A DNA stretch of 14,880 nt from assembly GCF_006345805.1 (NCBI RefSeq), contig NW_021825564.1:1-14880 (forward strand). The letters run 5' to 3'. The notes below the pieces were generated by a model. It saw only the letters and a list, made by a program, of their open reading frames with translations, searched no databases and was not told where the DNA came from. The stretch is from Octopus sinensis. Its lineage: Eukaryota. Shown piece after piece: positions 1-9,099 of this stretch (its first letter is position 1; each line of letters opens with the position of its first letter). Both the position numbers and the translations under genes were made by a program.

Positions 1-5
1 TTTTT

Positions 6-212
6 TTAGCTCGCCGGACAAAATACTGAGTGGCATTTCGTCCGGTCTTACGTTTGTGTGTTCGAATTCCGCCGAAGTAGACTTTGTCTTTCATCCTTTC
101 GGGGTCGATAAAATAAGTACCAGTTGTATACTGGGGAAGGGGGTTCGATGTAGCCGACTCATCCCCCGCTCCCAAAATTGCTGGCCTTACGCCAAAATTT
201 GAAATCAATATT
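6..212 (+). mobile_element. tRNA-derived SINE, group A (5' end cut off near window start)
   Basis: B-box-like gttcgaattcc, then body ctttcatcctttcggggtcgataaaataagtaccagtt shared with copies at 3208, 3428 and 8568(-); tail ...ccaaaatttgaaatcaatatt. Confidence 0.85.
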
Positions 213-225
213 TTATTTGTATATG

Positions 226-358
226 TTTTATCGACTCAGCTCTCGGAAAGGTGAGCAGCATAGATGACTTCAGCGGGATTTGAACTAAGAACGCATAACG
301 ATTCGTGACGAAATTCCACAAGATACTTTCACCGGTGTGTTAACGATTCTGCCAGTCT
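226..358 (-). mobile_element. Degenerate group A SINE
   Basis: tttatcgact...gggatttgaactaagaacg...ttaacgattctgccag matches the minus-strand copy at 8568-8802 (atcgactcc...ggaatttgaactcagaacg...ctaacgtttctgccag). Confidence 0.7.
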
Positions 359-417
359 GTTATTCTCAGTATCTTCAAGCTATCAGTTTGGAGTTTTTGT
401 ATTGTAAGTATTTGCTG

Positions 418-420
<3 letters not shown>

Positions 421-476
<56 letters not shown>

Positions 477-514
477 TTGGTGTGTGTGTGCTTGTGTGTG
501 TGTGTGTGTGTGTG
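421..514. repeat. (GT)n microsatellite
   Basis: Directly visible dinucleotide run. Confidence 0.95.
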
Positions 515-666
515 TTCGGGTGTGTGGTGGCGGTGGTTATGAACGATGGAATCGAATTGTATATCCAAGACTTTGTGCAATCCTTTGATCCTAGAACTCG
601 GATTCTCGGAAAAAGAGATGCATTCATCGTCATACTTTTTCTACAGGAATCAACCAGAAAGAGTAA

Positions 667-1007
667 GAGAGAGAGAGAGAGAGAAGGGGGGAGGAAATAG
701 GGAGGTGGAAAGGGGAGAAGGGGAGAGGAGAGAGGGAGGGGAAAAGGAGAGAAGAAGCAGAAGAAGCAGAAGCAGAAGAAGAAGAAGAAGAAGAAGAAGA
801 AGAAGAAGAAAGAGAAATAGAAAAAGAAGAAAATGAAGAAGGAAAACAAGATGAAGAAAATGAAGAAATGGATGTAAAAAAAGGAAAACGTAGGGGTGAA
901 GAAGAAGAAGAAGAAGAAGAAGAAGAAGAAGAGAAGAAGAAGAAGAAGAAGAAGAAGAAGAAGAAGAAGAAGAAGAAAAAAGAGAAGAAGAAGAAGAAAG
1001 AGAAGAA
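667..1007. repeat. Polypurine tract: (GA)n, GGA-rich and (GAA)n
   Basis: Directly visible; source of the spurious poly-L/F/S/R ORFs. Confidence 0.95.
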
Positions 1008-1014
1008 TATCAAT

Positions 1015-1149
1015 CTCATTTACTGGGCTGAATAGATGAAAGGCCAAGTTGACCTCGACGTGGTGCGAACTGAGTGTGCACAGAACTGCAACAAATACCA
1101 CAAGATATTTTTTCTGTTCAACGCTCTAATGACTCCACCAATTCGCCAC
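1015..1149 (-). mobile_element. Old degenerate group A SINE
   Basis: gatgaaaggccaagttgacctcgacg...cgaactgag...gctctaatgactccaccaattcgcc resembles gatgaaaggcaaagtcgacctcggcg...tgaactcag...gctaacgtttctgccagctcaccgcc in the 8568-8802 copy. Confidence 0.65.
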
Positions 1150-1188
1150 TTCACATCTCTACATTACACTGCATTGCACCAACGTTTC

Positions 1189-1247
<59 letters not shown>
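1189..1247. repeat. (TTA)n microsatellite
   Basis: Directly visible. Confidence 0.95.
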
Positions 1248-1310
1248 CAATGCTGCATTACAACATGTATTTTAGGTTGCATCATAAATTACAAAACAAT
1301 ACTCACGCCC

Positions 1311-1383
1311 ATACACACACATACACAAAGTCATACACACACATATACACACATAATTGTTTCTATACATAATCGTATGCGTG

Positions 1384-1419
<36 letters not shown>

Positions 1420-1652
1420 ACATATGTATGTGTACATACATATATGTGTATACATGTATATATGTATACATGTATATATGTATACATGTATGTGTACACA
1501 CACACACACACACACATATACATATATATACTTACATATATACTTACATATATACACACGCACGCACACATATATACGTACACACACACACATATACATA
1601 CATATATAATTATTTCTATACATAATCATATACGTGTATATATGTGTGTGTG

Positions 1653-1683
<31 letters not shown>

Positions 1684-1719
1684 CGTACATAAAATCACAC
1701 TTACCTATCTACATACATA

Positions 1720-1756
<37 letters not shown>

Positions 1757-1758
1757 CA
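1311..1758. repeat. Compound (TA)/(CA)/(TG) microsatellite field containing an internal duplication
   Basis: Directly visible; 33-bp spacer repeated at 1353-1385 and 1606-1638. Confidence 0.9.
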
Positions 1759-2149
1759 TTCTGAAAAAAAGTTTTATTTTTTTTTACTTCATTATTTCTA
1801 TATATATTTATATATATTTCTGCACTTGTTTGTTATGCTGCACTGAACACATTTCCGAAGTTCAGTGCTATGGAACGACATCTCCCTCCCTTCCTCGTCT
1901 CGCACCACCCTTAACTCCTCTTCCCCCACCTCACCCACCTTCTCCGAATCTATAACAAAATAACATATACAATAAGACAAAACGTAAAATGAAAAAAAAA
2001 AAAGAAGACAAAATACTAAAAGATTATATAATTTTCTCCTCTTTGTAAGGTCAGAACGAAAGGTAAAATAAGCTTTAAATGAATAAACATTTTAGAAATG
2101 ATTTTTAACATTGGCCCAAGGGCCACAACAATTATATGTATTTCTAGTT

Positions 2150-2285
2150 GTTGTCGTCATCCTTCTCTTACTTCTCCTTTTCTTCTTCCTCCTCCACATC
2201 ATCATCACCAGTAGTAGTAGCAGCAGCAGCAGTAGTAGTAGTAGTACCATTATCACCATCAAGAGCACCACCAACTTCAACAACG
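2150..2285. repeat. Compound trinucleotide low-complexity tract (CTT/CAT/AGT/AGC/ACC)
   Basis: Directly visible. Confidence 0.85.
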
Positions 2286-2299
2286 TAATAGTTTTTTTT

Positions 2300-2557
2300 T
2301 ATCTAGGCGCAAAGGTGTGAAAATTTCGATGTGTTGTAAAATAGTCGATTGTTATATCGATCTCAGCAGTTGATCTGTTTTGATTTGTTTTTGTTTTTTT
2401 TGTTTTGTTGTGATTTTTTTTTGGCTGTGTTATGTTACCGAACTCGGGTTGGATGGATGGAATGCAATGCAAAGTTAAAAACTCGGCAGGATTTGAAATT
2501 CGAAAAACTGTAAAGTATTTTGTCCGACGCTCTGACCATCTTGTCAATTCACTGCCC
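2300..2557 (-). mobile_element. Old degenerate group A SINE with internal T-rich expansion
   Basis: agtcgattgttatatcgatctcag, gcaaagttaaaaactcggcaggatttgaa and gtattttgtccgacgctct...attcactgcc follow the order of the minus-strand group A motifs. Confidence 0.6.
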
Positions 2558-2558
2558 T

Positions 2559-2621
2559 AACAACAACAACAACAACAACAGCAACAGCAGCAGCAGCGCC
2601 AGCACAACAGCAACAACAAGC

Positions 2622-2657
<36 letters not shown>
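2559..2657. repeat. (CAA)n/(CAG)n microsatellite
   Basis: Directly visible. Confidence 0.95.
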
Positions 2658-2732
2658 GTAGCATAATGAATCAAGTTCGGCACGCTTTAAACAACCTTCA
2701 CTATGGTATGAAATCAAAGGCATGATCGACCG

Positions 2733-2878
2733 ATGGTCAAATGGTAAAGAAGTTCTCTTCGCAACCCATAACGTTCAGAGTTCAATCCTGCAGCGTGACA
2801 TCTTAGAAAAATATCATTTTCTTCAGCCTCTGATTGACTCATACTTTGCGAGTGAAATTAAGTTGATGGAAACTGTGC
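2733..2878 (+). mobile_element. Old group B SINE, 5' half
   Basis: tggtaaagaagttctcttcgcaacc...gagttcaatcc...agcctc...gcgagtgaaattaagttgatggaaactg aligns by eye to 12079-12210. Confidence 0.65.
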
Positions 2879-2904
2879 TGAATTGGATCTGTAATTCCAA
2901 AAGA

Positions 2905-3142
2905 GATACAACTCGATTTCCATGGCGCGCAAGTGACCGAGATCACGACATTACGCCAGGGCGGGACGTCAGGACGGGACGCCAGTCCGTCGTAAAGTAA
3001 CCCATTTACAACTGAGTGGCCTGGGGCCACGTGAAATGAAGTGAGTTTTCTCAAGAACACAACGCACCGCTTTGTCCAGGAATCGAAACCATGACCTTGC
3101 GATCACGGGCGCAACATCTTAACCCCGAGGCCACGAGACCTC
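2905..3142 (-). mobile_element. tRNA-head, CORE-like SINE (group C) with a V-SINE-like tail motif
   Basis: Minus strand: gtggcctcggggttaag (A box), gtttcgattcc (B box), gcgttgtgttcttgagaaaactcacttcatttcacg...cactcagttgtaaatggg (matches 12313-12382), then acgacggactggcgtcccgtcctg. Confidence 0.75.
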
Positions 3143-3207
3143 ACATAAACGTAGGAGTGTCGTAGGAGATCAGGGTGGAAGAAGTGGAGAGGGCATTTGC
3201 CCTAGAC

Positions 3208-3357
3208 GCTCTGAGTTCAAATTCCGCCGAGGTCGACTTTGCCTTTCATCCTTTCGGGGGTCGATAAATTAAGTACCAGTTAGACACTGGGGTCAATGTA
3301 ATCGACTGAATCCCCTCCCCCAAGTTGCCCTTCATGCAAAAAATTTGAAATCCATAT
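3208..3357 (+). mobile_element. 5'-truncated group A SINE followed by (ATT)n tail
   Basis: gagttcaaattccgccgaggtcgactttgcctttcatcctttcgggggtcgataaattaagtaccagtt; same tail type as 6-212. Confidence 0.9.
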
Positions 3358-3383
3358 TATTATTATTATTATTGTTGTTGTTG

Positions 3384-3422
<39 letters not shown>
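3355..3422. repeat. (ATT)n/(GTT)n microsatellite, SINE tail
   Basis: Directly visible, immediately 3' of the SINE. Confidence 0.9.
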
Positions 3423-3424
<2 letters not shown>

Positions 3425-3427
3425 AAA

Positions 3428-3650
3428 GCGGCGAGGTTGCAGAATCGTTAGCGCGCTGGACGAAATGCCTAGTGGTATTTTGCTCGTCGCCACGTTCTGT
3501 ATTCAAATTCTTCCAAGGTAGACTTTGCCTTTCGTTCTTTAGGGGTCGATAAATCAAGTACCAGTTACGCACTGGTATCGATCTAATCGTCTGCCCCCCA
3601 CCCCACAAATTTCAGGCCTTGTGCCTACAGCGAAAATGATTATTATTATT
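3428..3650 (+). mobile_element. Full-length group A SINE
   Basis: gcggcgaggttgcagaatcgttagc head, attcaaattc B-box remnant, ggggtcgataaatcaagtaccagtt body, aaatttcaggccttgtgcct tail, (ATT)n end. Confidence 0.88.
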
Positions 3651-3930
3651 GCTTTCTGTATATGAAAAAAAAAAAATTAATGCCACGCTTTGGACATTAA
3701 CAAGAACAAGAACAAGAAATGGAATCATCATAATAGATGGATGGAAGATTAAAGAGACAACATGCTATGTATTTTTATTTTCCGATAAAGAAAGATGTTC
3801 TGTGGAAACGTGTATACATCATGTTGTGTTATTATACACGCTGCAATGTAACGTCGACCTCCACCCCGAGAAAAAGGAAACAAAAAAAAAAACAAAAACA
3901 CAAGACAGAAACAACTACAAAATACTTTAG

Positions 3931-3986
3931 TTATATTATATATATATATATATATACATACATGTATGTATGTATGTATGTATATA

Positions 3987-4045
<59 letters not shown>

Positions 4046-4313
4046 ATATATATATATGTGTGTATATATTTCCATATATATATATATGTGTGTATATATA
4101 TGGGTGTATTAAACAGTATGTTGGTGAGTACAATAGGTGATTAGTATAAAAGAATGAAAATTATACATGTATAAGTGTGTCTGTGTGTTGGGGTGTGGTG
4201 AGTGTATGGCTCTATGCCACACTTGCATCTATAGATGTATATATACACGGAAATATACTTAGGTATGTGCATACAAATATATATATATATATATTCAAAC
4301 ATATATTCACACA

Positions 4314-4345
<32 letters not shown>

Positions 4346-4417
4346 CTAGATATATATATATATATATAAAATCGCTTTTTATCTCTCCTCACCGCTCTCT
4401 TCTCTATGTATATATGC

Positions 4418-4455
<38 letters not shown>

Positions 4456-4552
4456 TATATATAATATATAATATATATATAATATATAGCTATAGAAAAC
4501 ACCCAACCACACTATATACGCGCGTTTGAGTATGTGGGTGTACATATATGTA

Positions 4553-4641
<89 letters not shown>

Positions 4642-4690
4642 AAGAGACTGAGACAGAAACAGAGACAGACAGATAGAGACAGAAAGAGAA
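3931..4690. repeat. Compound (TA)n, (TATG)n, (GA)n microsatellite field
   Basis: Directly visible, with short unique spacers. Confidence 0.9.
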
Positions 4691-5242
4691 ATATAAATTC
4701 TATTCATAGATATGTATATTCACATATACGCACGCGCACATATAGAGAAATAAATATAAATATATAGATGTATACATACATATTTATTTAAGCACATAAA
4801 CAGACACATACACCTAAAAACGCACATGCATATAGAAACACACGCTTATATATAGAGAAAGCTCTGCACACATATACACACATGGGCATGTTGTCCTCTG
4901 GGAAATCAATTTTAACTCCATAGATTATGAAGAATTTGTTCCTCTTGGAGATCACTTCCTCGTTTCATAGAGAAATGAAATCTTAGAATATCCAATCTCA
5001 CAAAATGTCGCCCTTCAGTATTCTTTGTCTTGGCTTTTGTTTCTTCCATTCTGTTTCTTTTTTCAACTTTTCGGAAAAAAAAAGAAAAAAAAAAACATGA
5101 TAAAGAACAAAATAAAATAAACCATTTTTTTAAAAAGATTTTTTTACCTTGTTTTACGTAGAATATTTCTTATAAAATTATGTAAAAATTCTTTTGGAAA
5201 TTCTCTGGAAGTTCTATAAAAGTTTTGGTGCAATTCAATAAG

Positions 5243-5245
<3 letters not shown>

Positions 5246-5285
<40 letters not shown>

Positions 5286-5632
5286 TATATATATATACTA
5301 CATATATATGTATATATATATATATATGTATATGTATGTGTGTGTGTAGATATAGATATGTATATGTCTACGTATGCGAATGCACATCTACTTATGTCTG
5401 TGGAATTTATAGCTTTCATTTAGTGTAGATATCTAAACACAGACACATACATTCATACGTATATATTATGTTTATTTATATGTGTGTAATATATGTTTAT
5501 ATTTGTATATAATCATATATATATATTATATATATATTATATATATATATATATTATATATATATATATGTATGTATGTATGTATATTATATACATATAT
5601 ACAGAAAGAGAGAGGGAGAGAGAGAAAAGAAA

Positions 5633-5672
<40 letters not shown>
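5246..5672. repeat. Compound (TA)n/(GA)n microsatellite field
   Basis: Directly visible; abuts the 3' side of the minus-strand group B head. Confidence 0.9.
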
Positions 5673-5676
<4 letters not shown>

Positions 5677-5692
5677 GCACACATACACCATG

Positions 5693-5850
5693 TATACGAC
5701 GAGCTTTCGTGCAGTTTCCGTTTAAAGAGTCCACTCGCAAGGCATTGGCCGTTTCGGGGCTGTAGTGAAGCCACTTGCTTAAAATGCCACGGAATAGAAC
5801 TGAATACGAAATCACGTAATTGGGAAGCGCACCTCCTAAGTACAAAACTC
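5693..5850 (-). mobile_element. Old group B SINE, 5' half
   Basis: Minus strand: ttcagttctattccgtggcattttaagcaagtggcttcactacagcccc...gccttgcgagtggac...acggaaactg...gctcgtcgtata, matching 12117-12230. Confidence 0.7.
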
Positions 5851-6345
5851 AAGATTAAAGAGGAAACACAGTTTCTTCTACAACATAACATGCTTTGAAC
5901 AAAAGTTGTTGACTATATATATATATAAAATGAAAATTTTAGTGCTGATCAGCGACAAAGAAAGTTGTGACACAGGTCGACGACGGAAAAAATACAAAAG
6001 AAATACACGCACTGCAAACTACACAAGATGAACCTTCATCAGTTGTTGATTAAATGTCTTTACAATTTCGACACTTTCCGACGATGTTGTTCAATTCTGG
6101 CAGTGTCAGTATCATAAACTGCCTGGATATAAACGGGAAGAAAGATTGGGAGGAGTGGAATAACAGAGAATGCGATGTGTGCAAAAAGAACAGCGGCGAA
6201 TAAAGACGAGTTGTGAGGAGAACAGGACAATGTATAGAGAAAACGAAACAAAAAATTCGACGAGGATAAAACTGAAAAAATTATTTTTAATCATCGCAGA
6301 GAGATATAAATAGGTCTTTCGACATAGCGACAGATATAACAATAC

Positions 6346-6376
<31 letters not shown>

Positions 6377-6630
6377 TGTATGTATGTATGTATGTATGCA
6401 TACATGCATGTATGTATGTATGTATGTATGTATGTATGCATGCATGCATGTATGTATGTATGTATGTATGTATGTATGTATGTATGTATGTATGTATGTA
6501 TGCATGCATGTATGTATGTATGTATGTATGTATGAATGTATCTATGTATGCATGTATGTATGTATGCATGTATGTATGTATGAATGTATGTATGAATGTA
6601 TGTATGCATGTATGTATGTATGAATGTATG

Positions 6631-6664
<34 letters not shown>

Positions 6665-6710
6665 TGTATGTATGTATGTATGTATGTATGTATGTATATA
6701 CATATATATG
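6346..6710. repeat. (TATG)n tetranucleotide array with CATG/AATG variants
   Basis: Directly visible, about 360 bp. Confidence 0.97.
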
Positions 6711-6825
6711 TGTTTGTGTGTATGCTGCCTCTCCTTCTCGCACACAGGCGCGTGCGCACACAGGCGCGCGCGCACACACACACACACTGTAATTGATAAA
6801 AAGAAGAAAGTGTGATCTTGCCGTG

Positions 6826-6868
6826 GGAACTCCAACGTTTCGGACAGTGTTTCTTCAGCGAAAAGTTG
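6826..6868 (-). ncRNA. Penelope-type minimal hammerhead-ribozyme-like motif (stem II damaged)
   Basis: Minus strand: aacttttcg CTGAAGA aacactgtcc GAAAC gttg gagtt; both conserved boxes intact, palindromic AACGTT stem III. Confidence 0.5.
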
Positions 6869-7049
6869 AGAAGAATGAAATAGTTCTATAGCCTCTATGT
6901 TAAGCAAAAAGAAAAGCCTATGTGCAGCTGGTAATACCGGAACAGGTATTATGCGTGAACAGGGAGTGGTAAAGAAAGATGAACAGAGTGAGAGAGGTAG
7001 CGGAATGTGGAGAACGCAGACCAACACATGTCTCTTTGGAGTCCGTTTG

Positions 7050-7132
7050 CTATAGCCTCGAGCCGACCAAAGCCTTGTGAGTGGATTTGGTAGACGGAAA
7101 CTGAAAGAAACCCATCGTATATATGTGTAAAC

Positions 7133-7163
<31 letters not shown>

Positions 7164-7430
7164 TATATGTATATATATACATATATATAAATATACATGT
7201 ATATGTATTTATATGTTTGCGTGTTTGTGCTTGTCCTCTCCCCCAACATCGCTTGACAACCGATTCTAGTGTATTGACGTCCCTGTAACTTAGCAGTTCG
7301 GCAAAACAGGCCGATAGAATAAGTACTGGGCTTACAAACAATAAGTCCTGGGGTCGATTTGCCCGACTAAAGGCGGTGCTCCTGCATGGCCGCAGTCAAA
7401 TGACTGAAATTAGTAAAAGAATAAAAGAAT
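7050..7430 (+). mobile_element. 5'-truncated group B SINE with internal (TA)n microsatellite
   Basis: ctatagcctcgagccgaccaaagccttgtgagtggatttggtagacggaaactg, then (TA)n, then ccaacatcgcttgacaaccgat...atgactgaaa..agtaaaaga; highly similar to 12158-12222 plus 12595-12790. Confidence 0.9.
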
Positions 7431-7807
7431 ACACATATATATTTATATGGTGCAATGTGAAGTACTCGAGAAACTATGAGACCTGAGTGCAAAGCAGAGT
7501 AAAGCATGTGATTTACTATAATTTCCATGAGCGTCAAATTTGTCCCTGCGTGTTTCACCAATTGGTATTAATTACAGGTGAAAGGGTTTTCATACACTCA
7601 GAATTCAAATTCACTCTGGGATTCCGTACGTGATCATTTTAATTTTGAAGTGCTAACCTTTTGCACTCATCCCTTTTGTCTCAAGAAAACCATTGGAGAT
7701 AAACCCAGAAGCAACACAGTATAAGAGAAATTAAACCATGCAATGGTACTAAGTCCTACAGTGGAAGAGGAACGAGTTGGATGAAGAGCTACGTTCAGCC
7801 AAAAATA

Positions 7808-8284
7808 TTGGGTTGAGTCCATAAAATAGGATTTGACTACACATCCATTTAGAGCACAGTTTAAGCTATCTTTCCGTGGAAGAAGGTTTGTGTTCCTATA
7901 ATCTGTGTTAATTTTGTAACCCTTTAAAATGGAAGATAAGAAAATTCATTTTCGGCACTTGATGCTTTGTAAACCAGACAAAAATTGCTGCAGCTCGGCT
8001 GGGATGTGTTACCCCACTCTTCATATTCACCAGATATTGCTCCTTCGGATTTCCACTTATTCAGGTCTCCGAAGAAAAGTCTTAATGGTAAAAATACCTT
8101 GATGAATTCTTTGCCATGAAACCATCTCAATTCTGGGAAGAGGGTATTTTCAAGTTAAAGGAAAGTTGGAGACGCATTGTGCAACAAAATGGTTCATATT
8201 TGGTTGATTAAAAATGTAATGGCAAGTATTTATTGACCGTTTTCTTTCCTTTAAAAATCGGCACGAACTTTCCGGACAACCCAA
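7808..8284 (+). mobile_element. Internally deleted Tc1/mariner element (mariner family)
   Basis: TA flanks at 7806-7807 and 8285-8286; ends ttgggttg / caacccaa; right TIR aaaatcggcacgaactttccggacaacccaa; left TIR diverges after 8 bp; transposase remnants inside. Confidence 0.92.
7929..8211 (+). pseudogene. Mariner transposase remnant in three out-of-frame pieces
   Basis: MEDKKIHFRHLML (N-terminus); TRQKLLQLGWDVLPHSSYSPDIAPSDFHLFRS (YSPDLAPSD-type motif with the third catalytic D); LDEFFAMKPSQFWEEGIFKLKESWRRIVQQNGSYLVD* (typical C-terminus). Confidence 0.92.
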
Positions 8285-8348
8285 TATTACCTATCACTTC
8301 TTACTGTGTATTAACGTGGGTCATTTGTTGTTAAATTTTACCCGACAG

Positions 8349-8460
8349 TTGTTCCCCTATCAATACATGGCAGATTCGAATGTGAATATCTATTCGCTGT
8401 TGTTTCTTGCCATCAAGGGACATATCCCCTCTTTAGACGATGTGTGTTCGACTATTCACA
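8349..8460 (-). repeat. Inverted copy of the local ~110-145 bp repeat unit
   Basis: Minus strand gaacacacatcgtctaaagaggggatatgtcccttgatggcaagaaacaacagcgaatagatattcacattcgaatctgccatgtattga aligns to 9284-9355 and 9012-9037. Confidence 0.8.
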
Positions 8461-8487
8461 TGTGTTAGGAACTTGCCGTGTCTAAAC

Positions 8488-8956
8488 TGCGTTTTCAACT
8501 GGGGTCCATAAAAGATTTTGTTTTTGAAATTTATCTGCAATAAATTGGTTATACGTTTGCAATAACATTCTTATTTCTTTATTGCCCACAAGGGGCTAAA
8601 TACAGAGGGAACAAACAAGGACAGACAAACGGATTAAGTCGATTATATCGACCCCAGTGCGTAACTGGTACTTATTTAATCGACTCCGAAAGGATGAAAG
8701 GCAAAGTCGACCTCGGCGGAATTTGAACTCAGAACGTAGCGGCAGACGAAATACGGCTAAGCATTTCGCCCAGCGTGCTAACGTTTCTGCCAGCTCACCG
8801 CCTTAAAATATTTTAACATTCTATCTAGGATTCGTAATAATATTTAATCATAAAAATACAATAGGATTCTTTAACCATATAGTGGTTAAATAGGGTCCAG
8901 TAGAGTAAAACAAGAATGAAAGGGATCCAAAGGTAAAAAGTGGTTGAGTAGCAATG
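8488..8956. mobile_element. hAT-like MITE, interrupted by a SINE
   Basis: Ends tgcgttttcaac / gttgagtagcaatg resemble CAGTGGTTCTCAAC-type hAT TIRs; subterminal gggtcca/ggatcca motifs at both ends; candidate 8-bp TSD gtctaaac (8480-8487) / gtttaaaa (8957-8964), 6/8 identical. Confidence 0.6.
8568..8802 (-). mobile_element. Full-length, apparently young group A SINE
   Basis: Minus strand: ggcggtgagctggcagaaacgttagc head, gagttcaaattcc B box, conserved body, tail ...gccccttgtgggcaataaagaaataagaa. Confidence 0.92.
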
Positions 8957-9099
8957 GTTTAAAAAGGAGATGTTCTCTGATGATGGAAAAGAACAATGAT
9001 CAGCTTATTTACATTCGAATCTACCAGAACGTATTGAGAATGAACAGAAACGTTACTATTTAGAAGGCCACAGTTCTACGTGCATCCTGTGAATTATTA
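8957..9099 (+). repeat. Repeat unit copy 1 with CTGATGA core at 8977-8983
   Basis: gagatgttctctgatgatggaaaagaacaatgatcag...gtattgagaatgaacaga...tgaattatta aligns to 9307-9428. Confidence 0.8.

Noticed and set aside
340-1101. 253-aa ORF and overlapping poly-L/F/S/R/HT ORFs
   Set aside because: Translations of (GAA)n and (GT)n; no domain-like content.
2559-2657. PolyQ-coding exon
   Set aside because: Flanked by SINE remnants and stop codons, with no splice or coding context.
2722-3000. 92-aa ORF with normal-looking composition
   Set aside because: Lies across two SINE remnants in opposite orientations.
6027-6042. Minus-strand CTGATGAAGG and the gatgaa/ttcatc mini-palindrome
   Set aside because: No compatible stem II or GAAA.
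6112-7249. Long HTYI/MYVC ORFs
   Set aside because: (TATG)n has no stop codon in any frame; artefact.
8563-8822. taacattct direct repeat as TSD of the 8568-8802 SINE
   Set aside because: The right copy is 11 nt away from the SINE 5' end and the left copy overlaps the tail; not a clean TSD.
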